A DNA stretch of 64,000 nt, taken from NCBI GenBank assembly GCA_963730605.1, contig CAVSSM010000002.1, forward strand, positions 384,001 through 448,000, written 5' to 3'. Of the stretch, positions 51,324-61,430 are shown one piece after another. Both the position numbers and the translations under genes were made by a program. This DNA is from an uncultured Chlamydiae bacterium. Its GTDB lineage: Bacteria; Chlamydiota; Chlamydiia; Chlamydiales; SM23-39. The notes under the pieces are model-generated. The model was not told the origin of the DNA. It worked only from the letters and a program-made list of their open reading frames with translations, and ran no database searches. Numbering within the stretch: the stretch's first letter is position 1; each line of letters opens with the position of its first letter.

Positions 51324-53426
51324 ATGAGCAAACGACCCGAAACCGACAAACTTGAAAATGTTCGCAACATTGGCATCATGGCCCACATCGATGCGGGCAA
51401 GACGACTACGACCGAACGTATTCTGTTCTATTCCGGCCGCGTCCACCGGATCGGCGAAGTGCACGAAGGAGCCGCGACCATGGACTTCATGGAGCAGGAG
51501 CGGGAGCGAGGGATCACGATTACCTCGGCTGCGACGACCGTCTATTGGAAAGATTGCAAGATCAATATCATCGACACCCCCGGCCACGTCGACTTCACCA
51601 TCGAAGTGGAGAGGTCTCTCCGCGTTCTCGACGGCGCTGTAGCTGTTTTTGATGCGGTTGCGGGCGTGCAGCCTCAATCCGAAACCGTTTGGCGCCAGGC
51701 GGATCGCTACGGAGTTCCCCGGATTGCGTTCGTCAATAAAATGGACCGGATCGGCGCTGACTTTTTCAATGCCGTCAAGACGATGCGCGAAAAACTCCAC
51801 GCCAATGCGATCCCGGTCCAATGTCCGATCGGCGCCGAATCCGAATTCAAAGGGATGGTCGACCTCATCGCGATGAAGGCTTACCTCTTCCACGATGAAA
51901 CGATGGGGGCTAAATACGACATCGAGAACGATTCCGGCCGATCTTCTCGACCAGTGCAAAAAAATGCGGATGGAACTTCTCGAAGAGCTCGCGACGATCG
52001 ACGAAGCGAACGAAGAATTCATGATGAAAGTCCTCGAAGATCCCGATTCGATCACCGAAGAGGAGATCCACGCAGCCATCCGCAAAGGGGTTATCACGAA
52101 CAAATTCAACCCGGTTCTTATGCGGCACCGCCTTCAAAAATAAAGGAGTTCAGCAAATCCTCGACGCCGTCGTCCGCTGGATGCCCTCTCCCCTCGATCG
52201 CGGGATGATTAAAGGCCATAAGCTCGACTCCGAAGAGTGGATCGAAATCGCGCCTTCAGACGATAGCCCGCTCTCCGCGCTTGGCGTTCAAGATCATGAC
52301 CGACCCTTATGTCGGAAGACTGACCTTTATCCGCATCTACAGTGGAACGCTTGTCAAAAGGGACGCAGCCTCATCAATACGACGAAAGACAAGGACGAAC
52401 GGATCTCTCGCCTTCTCGAGATGCATGCGAACCAGCGCAAAGACCGAGACGAATTCTTTACGGGAGACATCGCCGCCGTGCATCGGCTTGAAATACACGA
52501 GCACGGGAGACACGCTCTGCTCAGAAGACGACTCCTCTTCTCCTTGAAAAGATGAATTTCCCCGAGCCGGTCATTTCGATGGCGATCGAGCCGAAATCGA
52601 AAGCTGACCGAGAAAAGCTGTCCAATGGCTCTGGGCGCTCTTTCTGAAGAAGATCCCACTTTCCGCGTGAAGACGAACGAAGAAACAGGACAGACGATCA
52701 TCATGGGAATGGGCGAGCTCCACCTCGAGATCCTCCGCGACCGGATGTTCCGCGAATTCGCCGTCGAAGCGAACGTAGGAAAACCAGAAGTTTCTTACAA
52801 AGAGACGATCACGATCCCAGCAAGCACAGAAACCAAGTACGTCAAACAGATCCGGCGGCCGCGGGCAATACGCTCACGTATGCCTGGAAATCGAACCGAA
52901 CGAGCCTGGCAAAGGCAACGAGATCGTCAGCAAGATCGTCGGCGGCGTCATTCCGAAGGAATACATCATCCTGCTGTATCAAAGGGATCGAAGAAGGCCT
53001 CGCAGACAGGCGTTCTGGCCGGCTATCCGCTCGTCGACATGAAAGTCGCGATCACATACGGATCGTACCACGAAGTCGACTCCAACGAAATGGCGTTTAA
53101 GATTTGCGCCTCGATGGCGGTCAAAGAGGCTGCACGGAAAGCAAAGCCGATTCATCCTCGAACCGATCATGAAAGTCGTCGTCGACGACGCCTGAACACA
53201 AACATGGGCGACGTGATCGGCGACATCAACCGCCGCCGCGGCAAGATCCTCGGCCAGGAGTCCGTCAAAGGGATCGTCGACGTCACGCTGAAGTGCCTCT
53301 CAGCGAGATGTTTGGCTATTCAACCAACTGCGCTCGATGACTTCAGGACGCGCCACCTATACGATGGAGCCAAGCCATTTCGAGCGGGTTCCCACAAAAA
53401 TTCAAGAAGAAATTTGTAAAAAGTAA
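51324..53426 (+). CDS. fusA: Elongation factor G (many apparent frameshifts)
   Basis: [25 protein letters not shown] and HEVDS motifs across frames. Confidence 0.93.
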
Positions 53427-53432
53427 GAGATT

Positions 53433-53753
53433 ATGGTGCAAAAGCAACCCAAGAAAAAAAATACGGATCCGCCTCAAGGCGTTCGACCAGCGGATGCTTG
53501 ACCGGTCGGTTCAGATATCGTCGAGACAGCCAAGCGCACAGGCGCCCGCGTCGTAGGGCCGATTCCGCTCCCGACAAGACGAGAGATCTATACCGTTCTT
53601 CGCTCACCTCACGTAGACCGCAAGTCCCGCGAGCAGTTTGAGATGAGAACCCACATCCGCGTCCTCGATCTTCTCGATCCCACCCTCGACACGATCGACA
53701 AACTCAAAGTTCTCCCTGTCGCTGCCGGCGTTGATATCAAAATCAAGGCTTAA
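53433..53753 (+). CDS. rpsJ: 30S ribosomal protein S10 (apparent frameshifts)
   Basis: [16 protein letters not shown] and [10 protein letters not shown] motifs. Confidence 0.9.
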
Positions 53754-53824
53754 GGTGACCACCCTCAGGCCCCCCATGGCCTGGGATTGGCTCTCGCCGC
53801 GCTTGGAGGGTGTTAGGGTATAGG

Positions 53825-54664
53825 TTAGGCTCTCGAGTTAATCGGCTTAGAAGCCTTCTTAACGTCCCTATTTAGCATCAGAGTTGGAGTCTTTGGATCG
53901 TTTATTTTTTGCAATTCCTTTTGCCGGGATCTCCGTTTTGCATAAAGACCTAGCCCGACTCCCATAACGCCGACTCCCGCAAAGATTGCCCCAATTGGCC
54001 AGACTTTTGCCTGGGATGACGCGGGAGATGCAGTACTATTCCCCTCAGCGGAGTCAGTAGAATCTTTAGCTTTGGTCTTTAGGAAATGACCCCTGAAATT
54101 CTTAAGCGATGCAGAAAAGTGTTCCAAGATTTTTTCTTCATCTTCAACTTTAGGTACCATGAGATCGCGTACTTTTTCGCTACCGTAAGCGACCCTGAGT
54201 GGCTCGGCTTCATTAAAATAGATTATATTTTTGTCTGCGGAGTCCACAGACATATATTCAACCATATACTTACGCAACCCGTCCCTCTTCCCGTCCATTC
54301 CTATGCTCGTATAATCTAAAATCTGAAATGCAAATTTTATTTCGGTATTATTAGAATAAAAAAACATGCTCAAAATCTTATCGTAACTGATTTGGAATAA
54401 AATCTTAGAATCGGGCGCGTCAGGAATATCGCATTCAGCCCTACATTTCGGCTTTTCGGGATTCTTCCACGTCTCTTCTTCAAAACAACGAGGATAAAGA
54501 TTGCAAGATGTTAAAGCGTCCCCCCAAACCACTGACAATAATTCAAATAATTTATTTGCAAATTGCGCTACTTTAGGCTCATTAGAGGGATCGAATACAT
54601 CATTTCGATATTTTCGACAAAAATCCGATAACTGATTAGTAGTGTTTAATGCTACTATTGACAT
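53825..54664 (-). CDS. Hypothetical protein with C-terminal TM segment
   Basis: 279-aa AT-rich ORF with GGAGG RBS. Confidence 0.75.
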   Translation of the reverse strand: MSIVALNTTNQLSDFCRKYRNDVFDPSNEPKVAQFANKLFELLSVVWGDALTSCNLYPRCFEEETWKNPEKPKCRAECDIPDAPDSKILFQISYDKILSMFFYSNNTEIKFAFQILDYTSIGMDGKRDGLRKYMVEYMSVDSADKNIIYFNEAEPLRVAYGSEKVRDLMVPKVEDEEKILEHFSASLKNFRGHFLKTKAKDSTDSAEGNSTASPASSQAKVWPIGAIFAGVGVMGVGLGLYAKRRSRQKELQKINDPKTPTLMLNRDVKKASKPINSRA

Positions 54665-54773
54665 ACGCCTCCATTTGACGAGCGAATTTTAGCAGAAATG
54701 AACGAAAAATTCAATAAATAGACTATCAAATAAATAATTTGATCACTGTGGACGCACTAGAAATTATTTTAAT

Positions 54774-55131
54774 CTATTCGCTGGTATCAGACCCTGCCGT
54801 TTGGGTCGTCTGCATCTCATAGCTGTCGAAAATATAGGGAGGCGGAGAACTTTGATGGACCCGCTTCGAGACCACTTTCCCGTCTTTGATCAGCAAGAAA
54901 TAATGCCTCTCCTCGGTATCGCGGCCTCCCACTTTGAACCGTTCGATATATTCATATTCTTCCGTACCGTCTTCTTTTTTGTGGATCGCGTACGGTTCGC
55001 CTGCAAGTTGCGACCACCTCATTTTGCGAAGACCCTAAAGGGATGTCAAAAAAAGCTTGATTCGTCATAAGAGAGCCGCCAGAGGCGCAGGCCGATAATG
55101 CGAGCAGCAGCGCAAAAAGTTCTCTTTTCAA
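54774..55131 (-). CDS. Putative lipoprotein (one apparent frameshift)
   Basis: TTG start MKRELFALLLALSAC; continues into ORF 54774-55022. Confidence 0.6.
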
Positions 55132-55634
55132 AATTCTTCGTCCCCTTCGCTTTCTTGTTCTTCGTCCGAACTCGGGACCTCGTTTGTCCTCTGCCAGATC
55201 CTCGCTTCGATCTGGGTGCGGAACTGGTCGCTCGTCACATACTCGCCCCGCATCTCGTAGCTTCCGTCGGGCTGGACCGTATAGGTCTCGAACCCTTCAA
55301 AATTCATGTCGTTATTGCGGAACTCCCAAGCGATCGCCTGCTCATCGTAGAGGCCCGTTCCGGCGATCCGGCCGATGTTCGGATTTTCCATATCGACGCA
55401 GAACGTTTTCTGCTGGAAATCATAGAATGTGAGTTCGTTCTGCATGTTGTCGGCAAGGCCTTGGATCTGGATCTCTTGAGAAGCTCCTACTTTGCCGGCA
55501 AAATCGCGGTTTTGGACGGTCCAGTTGGTATTGAAGATCAGCTCTTCTTCTACCATGTTCAAGACGATTTTGCCCTCGCCGTACCAACTGCCCGGCGAGA
55601 AGATGAAAAGGTGGGTGAACCGTTCTCTATCCAT
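55128..55634 (-). CDS. Hypothetical protein
   Basis: Coupled to the rodA stop; start MDRER. Confidence 0.75.
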   Translation of the reverse strand: MDRERFTHLFIFSPGSWYGEGKIVLNMVEEELIFNTNWTVQNRDFAGKVGASQEIQIQGLADNMQNELTFYDFQQKTFCVDMENPNIGRIAGTGLYDEQAIAWEFRNNDMNFEGFETYTVQPDGSYEMRGEYVTSDQFRTQIEARIWQRTNEVPSSDEEQESEGDEEF

Positions 55635-56752
55635 CAAAACATGAACCTTCTGCTGTATATGCTCTGTAGTAGGCCGAGCGCCGCCATGGTCGTCAAAAGC
55701 GAACTGCCTCCGTAGGTCACCAAGATGAGAGGGACGCCCGATATCGGCAGAAGAGCGCACATCATCGCGGTATTCACTAGCACATGCATGGCGAGATAAG
55801 CTGCCAGCCCTGCGGCAAGCAGCCGCCCAAAGGGATCCTTGGCCACTGCCGCCACCTGAAAACTAAAATAGATCAAAGCATAAAAAAGGAACAGCAAGAA
55901 CACAACTCCCACAAATCCAAACTCCTCGCCAAACGCCGCGAAGACCGAATCGGTGTGGGCGTAAGGGAGCCATTTGCGGCCGGAGAACTCGCTGCCCCTC
56001 CATCCCGTCCCAGTCAGGCCCCCAATGGCGATCGCCGTCTCCGCCGCCTTCTGGTGATAGGTGTTGGGATTAAGCCTCTCATATTGATATTCTTTCATGA
56101 AGGAGGTGAAGTAGGGGCGCATCTTTTCATGCGAGACGATCCCAAGGAAAAAGAGCCCGACTATGAAAAGGGCGGCGATGCCGCAGCTTAAGCCGAAGCG
56201 GAAGACCCCTTTATGGATCCCACCCACATATCCGAGAGTCATTGCAATCGGATAAAGGACAAGCGCCGTTCCCAAATCGGGCTGTTTCAAGATCAAAAGG
56301 AATGGAATCCCCGCGATCGCAGCCATCTGGAAGGACGAGCGGAATGTATGGACGCTATTTCCTTTTCGCTCCAGGAACCAGCTCAAAGCGATCACGACGA
56401 TCAGCTTCGCCTGTTCGGAGGGCTGGAGGCTGGCAAGATGGGGGATCCGATACCACCGGTGGACATTTTGGATGGGGCTTACGAAAAAAAGGCCCAAGAG
56501 GAGCAGGATGATGGCAACATAAAGAAATAGGCTCCACTGCCGCAGGCGCCGGTAATCGAAGAGGGCCGCGGCGAAAAAGACGGCCCAGCCCAAGCAAAAC
56601 CAGCGGAGCTGTGTTTTTACGAGCGGGGTCCAAAAAACGGAGCTCTCAACCTCTCCCTGGTTCCCCGTCATCGATGAGATGATAAAAAGGCTGATCCCCA
56701 TCAGACACACGATGATCGGCAACACGCGGAAGTCAATGCGGGAAAGGGGCAT
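55634..56752 (-). CDS. rodA: Rod shape-determining protein RodA (SEDS)
   Basis: QPSE.AK, QPDLGT, HTDSVF and TYGGSS motifs. Confidence 0.92.
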   Translation of the reverse strand: MPLSRIDFRVLPIIVCLMGISLFIISSMTGNQGEVESSVFWTPLVKTQLRWFCLGWAVFFAAALFDYRRLRQWSLFLYVAIILLLLGLFFVSPIQNVHRWYRIPHLASLQPSEQAKLIVVIALSWFLERKGNSVHTFRSSFQMAAIAGIPFLLILKQPDLGTALVLYPIAMTLGYVGGIHKGVFRFGLSCGIAALFIVGLFFLGIVSHEKMRPYFTSFMKEYQYERLNPNTYHQKAAETAIAIGGLTGTGWRGSEFSGRKWLPYAHTDSVFAAFGEEFGFVGVVFLLFLFYALIYFSFQVAAVAKDPFGRLLAAGLAAYLAMHVLVNTAMMCALLPISGVPLILVTYGGSSLLTTMAALGLLQSIYSRRFMF

Positions 56753-56771
56753 ATACAGTATTGTATACACT

Positions 56772-57503
56772 ATGCAAATAACGGAAATCCATTTCGATTC
56801 AATCGATTCGACAAGCTCCTATGCAAAGCGGGAATACCCATCGTTCTCGCGGGACAAGATGACCGTCGTCACCGCAGACGAGCAGACAGCGGGTTATGGC
56901 CGCTACAAAAGAAAATGGGTCTCTCCGAAAGGGGTCAATCTCTATGCGACCTTTTGCTTTCGATTGCCATCCAATGCCCTTCACCTTTCGAGCCTTGCAG
57001 AGGTCATGGGCTTGAGCCTAGCCTCGATGCTCATCGAAGAAGGGCTTCACCCTAAGATCAAATGGCCAAACGATGTGCAGCTCAATGACAAAAAAGTGTC
57101 GGGAGTTCTGTGCGAGACGGTTTTTGAAAAGGACTCCATTCAGATTTTCTTAGGGATCGGGATCAATGTGAATATGGAAAAGGAGGCCCTTGCGAGAATC
57201 GACCAGCCGGCGACCTCTCTGAAAAACGAAACAGGGCGCCCCTGGGACGCAAAAGCCTTTTTGAAAAAATTGGAAACCCGCTTTTTAGCCGATCTAGAGC
57301 GTTTTAAGAAAGAGGGCTTCGCTCCTTTCAAGGGCCGCGTGGAAAAGCTTTTGGCTTACAAAGGAGAAAGAATTCGCTGCTTCGATGGAAAAAAAGAATG
57401 GGTCGGCGTCTGCCACTCGCTCAGTCCAGAAGGACTCCTGAATCTCTCTTTGCCGGACGGGACCATCCACGTAGTCCATTCAGGGGATATATTCACTGGC
57501 TAA
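56772..57503 (+). CDS. birA: Biotin-protein ligase (no HTH)
   Basis: QTAGYGR, KWPND and GIGINVN motifs. Confidence 0.92.
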   Translation: MQITEIHFDSIDSTSSYAKREYPSFSRDKMTVVTADEQTAGYGRYKRKWVSPKGVNLYATFCFRLPSNALHLSSLAEVMGLSLASMLIEEGLHPKIKWPNDVQLNDKKVSGVLCETVFEKDSIQIFLGIGINVNMEKEALARIDQPATSLKNETGRPWDAKAFLKKLETRFLADLERFKKEGFAPFKGRVEKLLAYKGERIRCFDGKKEWVGVCHSLSPEGLLNLSLPDGTIHVVHSGDIFTG

Positions 57504-58219
57504 AGCACAGGCACGACTGTCAGAGTTGGATGAATCCGGCTTTTAATGATTTGCTGGATGGCGGTGAGGGTCGATCCAGTGGAAGAATGGCAGGTGGTGC
57601 AAGACCCCTCATAGGCGATATGCACCTCGCCATTTTCCTTGAGCTCGACAATCTTGATCCCGCCGGCGTCGAGTTCGATATAAGGGCGGATCTCCTTGTC
57701 GATCACCTCTTCGATGATCTTCACTTTTTGCAGGTGGGTGAAACCATCCCATCCAGGCATTCCGCCGGGATTTTCCGATGAGTCCCACTCAATGGGAGTG
57801 ACGTCGAAATCGGTGGCCGCATAGGGGATGTCGATGCACTGGTGGACGGCAAAGTCGATGGCTGCGATAGCCTGGTTGAGAAAAGAAAAGGCTTCTTTCG
57901 AAAATGCCGGGATCTCTTTGCGGTCGCGAACGAAACTGTCGAGAAGATCGGCCGAAATCCGGGAAGCCTGGTCGTAATTTTTCCGAAGGACCAGCTCGCT
58001 CGCAATTTCTCCGGCGGCGATCAAGGCGGGCGGCCCGAATACTTGGAACTTTGCATCGGCGATAATCCCATCCCCCTCGTCCACGAGCCAATAAAGACAA
58101 AGATTCCCCTCGCGGCCCGTAACGAGGCGCATGTGCTTTTCTTCGGCCTCCTTGACGGTGAAATAGCCAACGAACCTTAGATGGTCGAGCTTCCCTTGCA
58201 CCTTTTTAGTGAATTCCAT
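57500..58219 (-). CDS. NifU-family protein
   Basis: IRPYIELDAGG and GSCTTC C-terminal domain. Confidence 0.85.
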   Translation of the reverse strand: MEFTKKVQGKLDHLRFVGYFTVKEAEEKHMRLVTGREGNLCLYWLVDEGDGIIADAKFQVFGPPALIAAGEIASELVLRKNYDQASRISADLLDSFVRDRKEIPAFSKEAFSFLNQAIAAIDFAVHQCIDIPYAATDFDVTPIEWDSSENPGGMPGWDGFTHLQKVKIIEEVIDKEIRPYIELDAGGIKIVELKENGEVHIAYEGSCTTCHSSTGSTLTAIQQIIKSRIHPTLTVVPVL

Positions 58220-59307
58220 CAGAAGAGATCCTCCGAAATTTTCCTGAGCTCCTGCACCCGATCGACCACCAGGCGGGCGGCCCTGAGGACCTCCTCTTGG
58301 CTCGTCATCCGGGAAAGCGAAAAACTTAAACCACATTCTCCCTCGAGCCCGGAAGAGGCGAGGATGCTATGCAAGTGCGGAGAGTAATCTCCTCCTAGGT
58401 TTGGATAAAGGCCTTTGCGGCATGAAAAATAATGGAGAGCCTCGGCATGGACACGGGGAAAAAAGAGCGCTGTGGTATTGGGCAAGCGGGGAGATTCCTT
58501 GTAGAGGATTTTCATATCGGGAAGCTGTTTTTGGATTTCGGTTTCGAATAAATCCCGAAGGCGCGCCCCTTCCAGACCCATCGAATCGAGGGAAAGGGTG
58601 GCAAGACGGGCGGCAGCGCCGAGGGCGGCAAGCGATGGGATATCGAGGGAGCCCCCCTTCAAGACATAGGGGACAAGAGGACTTCCCTTTTTAGCAAAGA
58701 GCGCGCCGGAGGACTTGACGCTATGGATCCGCTCGCCAGCGAAACTCAAGTAGTCGGCGCTGGACGTAGAAAATGAAAAATAGAGATTGCCGACGGCGTA
58801 GGAGGCGTCGAGGTGGAGCAAAACTTTCTTCTCCGAGGCTAGCCTGGAAATCTCTTCGATGGGCTGGATGACGCCGGTCAGCCCCTGGGCCATGCTGACG
58901 GAGATCAGTGCGGTGCGCGGAGTGATTAAGCTTGCCAGCTTCGCGACATTGATCTTTCCTTGCGTGTCGACAGGCGCGATTTTAACCAAGCAGCCAAGCT
59001 CCTCGCACCGCTTGAGCATCTGGAGAGTCGGCGCATCTTCGATGCAAGAGGTGATGAACTGCGTCTTCCCCTCTTTGCGGGAAATTTCAGAAAAAACAGA
59101 CCAGATCGCCTGGCAAACCGCTTCAGCCCCCGACGAGGTGAAAACAAAAACGTCCTCCGGGGAAGCGGCGACCAAATCGTAAAGCGGGGCCGTAAGGGAT
59201 GGCGGGTCCGGCGGCCTCTCTTGAAATGCAGCGGCCATCCTCTCTATCGCGGTTTGGCAGACCCGCGATTCGGTATGGGCATTGAGCTCGATTATCCCTT
59301 TGTCCAT
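58219..59307 (-). CDS. NifS-like aminotransferase class V (degenerate active site)
   Basis: FTSSGAEA, TGVIQPI, HLDAS and RLPNT motifs. Confidence 0.82.
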   Translation of the reverse strand: MDKGIIELNAHTESRVCQTAIERMAAAFQERPPDPPSLTAPLYDLVAASPEDVFVFTSSGAEAVCQAIWSVFSEISRKEGKTQFITSCIEDAPTLQMLKRCEELGCLVKIAPVDTQGKINVAKLASLITPRTALISVSMAQGLTGVIQPIEEISRLASEKKVLLHLDASYAVGNLYFSFSTSSADYLSFAGERIHSVKSSGALFAKKGSPLVPYVLKGGSLDIPSLAALGAAARLATLSLDSMGLEGARLRDLFETEIQKQLPDMKILYKESPRLPNTTALFFPRVHAEALHYFSCRKGLYPNLGGDYSPHLHSILASSGLEGECGLSFSLSRMTSQEEVLRAARLVVDRVQELRKISEDLF

Positions 59308-59969
59308 TTTCCCCGGTCGTATGAATAGACGAGAGGGTCTCCCGTCGCGATCTCCAGTTTCACCACTTCCTCTTTCGAGAGCCCATCGAGATGCATGACG
59401 ATGCCGCGGAGCGAATTGCCGTGGGCGGCGATGAAGACGCTTTCCTCCTTTTCCAAATGGGGGATTATTTTTTGTTTGAAATAGGGGAGCGCCCTTGCTA
59501 CCGTCATCTCTAAGCTCTCCCCATCCGGCGGGGCCGTAGCGTAGCTCCTCCGCCAAACCTGAACCTGTTCGGCCCCGAATTTTTTTGCCGTCTCGGCCTT
59601 GTTGAGCCCTTGCAGTTTTCCGTACATCCGCTCGTTCAGCTCCCACGCCATGGTGACGGGCCAAGTCCCTTTTTTCGCCGCTTCGCTATAAATCTTCGCC
59701 CACTCTTCGAGCTTCCCTTGCCCTGGATGCTGGAAAATGGGAATTTTGCCGCTTGAATGATGGAGAAGGGCCAGAACAACGGTCATCTGAGCGCGGATCA
59801 AACTCGATGTGAAGATGACGTCGATGGGAAGGTCGCGGACCTTTTTGCCCCCTTCGATCGACTCTTGGATCCCCTCAGCGCTCAGCGGTATGTCGACCCA
59901 CCCGGTGAAAAGATTTTGTTTGTTCCAAATCGACTGTCCGTGCCGCATCAAAATGAGTTTTGGAAGCAT
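59292..59969 (-). CDS. gpmA: 2,3-BPG-dependent phosphoglycerate mutase
   Basis: RHGQS.WN, LNERMYG and AHGNSLR motifs. Confidence 0.95.
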   Translation of the reverse strand: MLPKLILMRHGQSIWNKQNLFTGWVDIPLSAEGIQESIEGGKKVRDLPIDVIFTSSLIRAQMTVVLALLHHSSGKIPIFQHPGQGKLEEWAKIYSEAAKKGTWPVTMAWELNERMYGKLQGLNKAETAKKFGAEQVQVWRRSYATAPPDGESLEMTVARALPYFKQKIIPHLEKEESVFIAAHGNSLRGIVMHLDGLSKEEVVKLEIATGDPLVYSYDRGKWTKG

Positions 59970-60026
59970 ATAAAAGAGTATAGCACATGGAGGAAAATAG
60001 GGCGATGGATTATACTCAAATCTCTT

Positions 60027-60731
60027 ATGGAAAAGAAAAGATTGAGCAAGGCTTTGGCTGCAGCCGGGGTCGCATCGCGGAGGGCCTGTGAAGAATTGAT
60101 TTTCAACGGCCGCGTCCAAGTCAACGGGACCACAGTCGCGATCCCTCAGACTCTTGTCGACTGGGACACAGACAAGATCCTCGTGGACGGATCGGCTGTC
60201 CGGGGAGAAGAGGAAAAAGTTCACTATATGCTCAACAAACCGGCAGGATATATCTGCTCCAGCGTCAGGCCCGGAAACAAGCCGATCATCCTCGACCTCT
60301 TTCCCAATGCCGAAAAAAGGCTCTTCACGGTGGGCCGCCTCGATAAAGAAAGTCAGGGGCTCCTCCTCGTGACCAACGACGGGCATTTTTCCAACCAAGT
60401 CATCCATCCGCGCCACCGGATCGTCAAGGAATATGTTGTCAAAGCGGCCCAGGAAATCACGGGCGATACCCTTGGCATTCTTGCGGAAGGGGCTAGGGTC
60501 GATAACCGCTGGGTGCGCCCTGTTTTCGTGACCAAGGTTCGCCGCGGCACGGTAAAAATCTGCGTCAAAGAAGGGAAAAAGCACGAGATACGGATCATCG
60601 CCGAGAGAGCCGGCCTCGCGGTCTTAGAATTGACCCGGATCCGGATCGGGGGGCTTGTTCTCGGGTCGCTTCCGGAGGGGATGTTCAGGAAGCTCTCCTC
60701 CAAGGATAAAGAATTGCTCTTTTCTCGATAA
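60027..60731 (+). CDS. rluB: RsuA/RluB-family pseudouridine synthase
   Basis: S4 domain (GVASRR) and VGRLD motif. Confidence 0.88.
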   Translation: MEKKRLSKALAAAGVASRRACEELIFNGRVQVNGTTVAIPQTLVDWDTDKILVDGSAVRGEEEKVHYMLNKPAGYICSSVRPGNKPIILDLFPNAEKRLFTVGRLDKESQGLLLVTNDGHFSNQVIHPRHRIVKEYVVKAAQEITGDTLGILAEGARVDNRWVRPVFVTKVRRGTVKICVKEGKKHEIRIIAERAGLAVLELTRIRIGGLVLGSLPEGMFRKLSSKDKELLFSR

Positions 60732-60749
60732 TTATTTATCCTTTTTTCG

Positions 60750-61430
60750 ATGTTGACGATAGCCCGGCTTTTTGGAAAGTCCCCTTTTGCCCCGCTTCAG
60801 ACCCACATGGACAAAGTCGCTTCATGCATTGGGGAGCTGCCGAATCTTTTCAAAGCGATTCTCGAACAAGACTCCGATGCAATCCAACGGATCCTCGACA
60901 AGATTTCCAAACTCGAACATGAAGCTGATCTGACCAAAAACGATATCCGCAACCATCTTCCCAGAAGTTTGTTTCTCCCTCTCGACCGAAGCGCTCTCCT
61001 CGCGATTCTTTCGCTCCAAGACGCTATTGCAGACCAGGCTGAAGAGATCGCCCAAACCGCCGCCCTGCTCCCATCGCCCATTGGGCTAATTCCCGAAATG
61101 AAAGACGATTTTTCAGCTCTTTGCCAAAAGAACGTCGAAGTATTTCGGCTGGCAAGGCAAGTGATCAAAGAACTGGAAGACCTTCTCGAATGTTCTTTTG
61201 GTGGGATCGAAGCGGAAAAGGTGAAAGGAATGGTGGAACAGATCGCATTTTATGAGTACGAGACGGCGCAAATCAAAAACAGGCTTCTCAAAACTCTTTA
61301 TACCAAAGGGGAGCGCCTTCCCTACCCCTCCTTTCATCTCGGCTTGACCCTCATTCAGAAGATCAGCAATTTGGCCTATCTTTCCGAAAAACTCGGGAAC
61401 CGGATCCGCATGTTGCTGGAGCTAACTTAA
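60750..61430 (+). CDS. DUF47/TIGR00153 phosphate transport regulator
   Basis: LFGKSPF and LEHEAD motifs; upstream of pit. Confidence 0.9.
   Translation: MLTIARLFGKSPFAPLQTHMDKVASCIGELPNLFKAILEQDSDAIQRILDKISKLEHEADLTKNDIRNHLPRSLFLPLDRSALLAILSLQDAIADQAEEIAQTAALLPSPIGLIPEMKDDFSALCQKNVEVFRLARQVIKELEDLLECSFGGIEAEKVKGMVEQIAFYEYETAQIKNRLLKTLYTKGERLPYPSFHLGLTLIQKISNLAYLSEKLGNRIRMLLELT

Noticed and set aside
53426..53433. Missing tuf between fusA and rpsJ as a novelty
   Set aside because: Known chlamydial gene order
56752..56768. Palindrome TATACA-GTAT-TGTATA between rodA and birA as a BirA operator
   Set aside because: This BirA has no N-terminal DNA-binding domain, and a short AT-rich palindrome can arise by chance
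58219..60731. Long N-terminal extensions on nifS, gpmA and rluB in the ORF track
   Set aside because: Extensions overlap neighbouring genes; recognisable domains begin at the shorter starts used here
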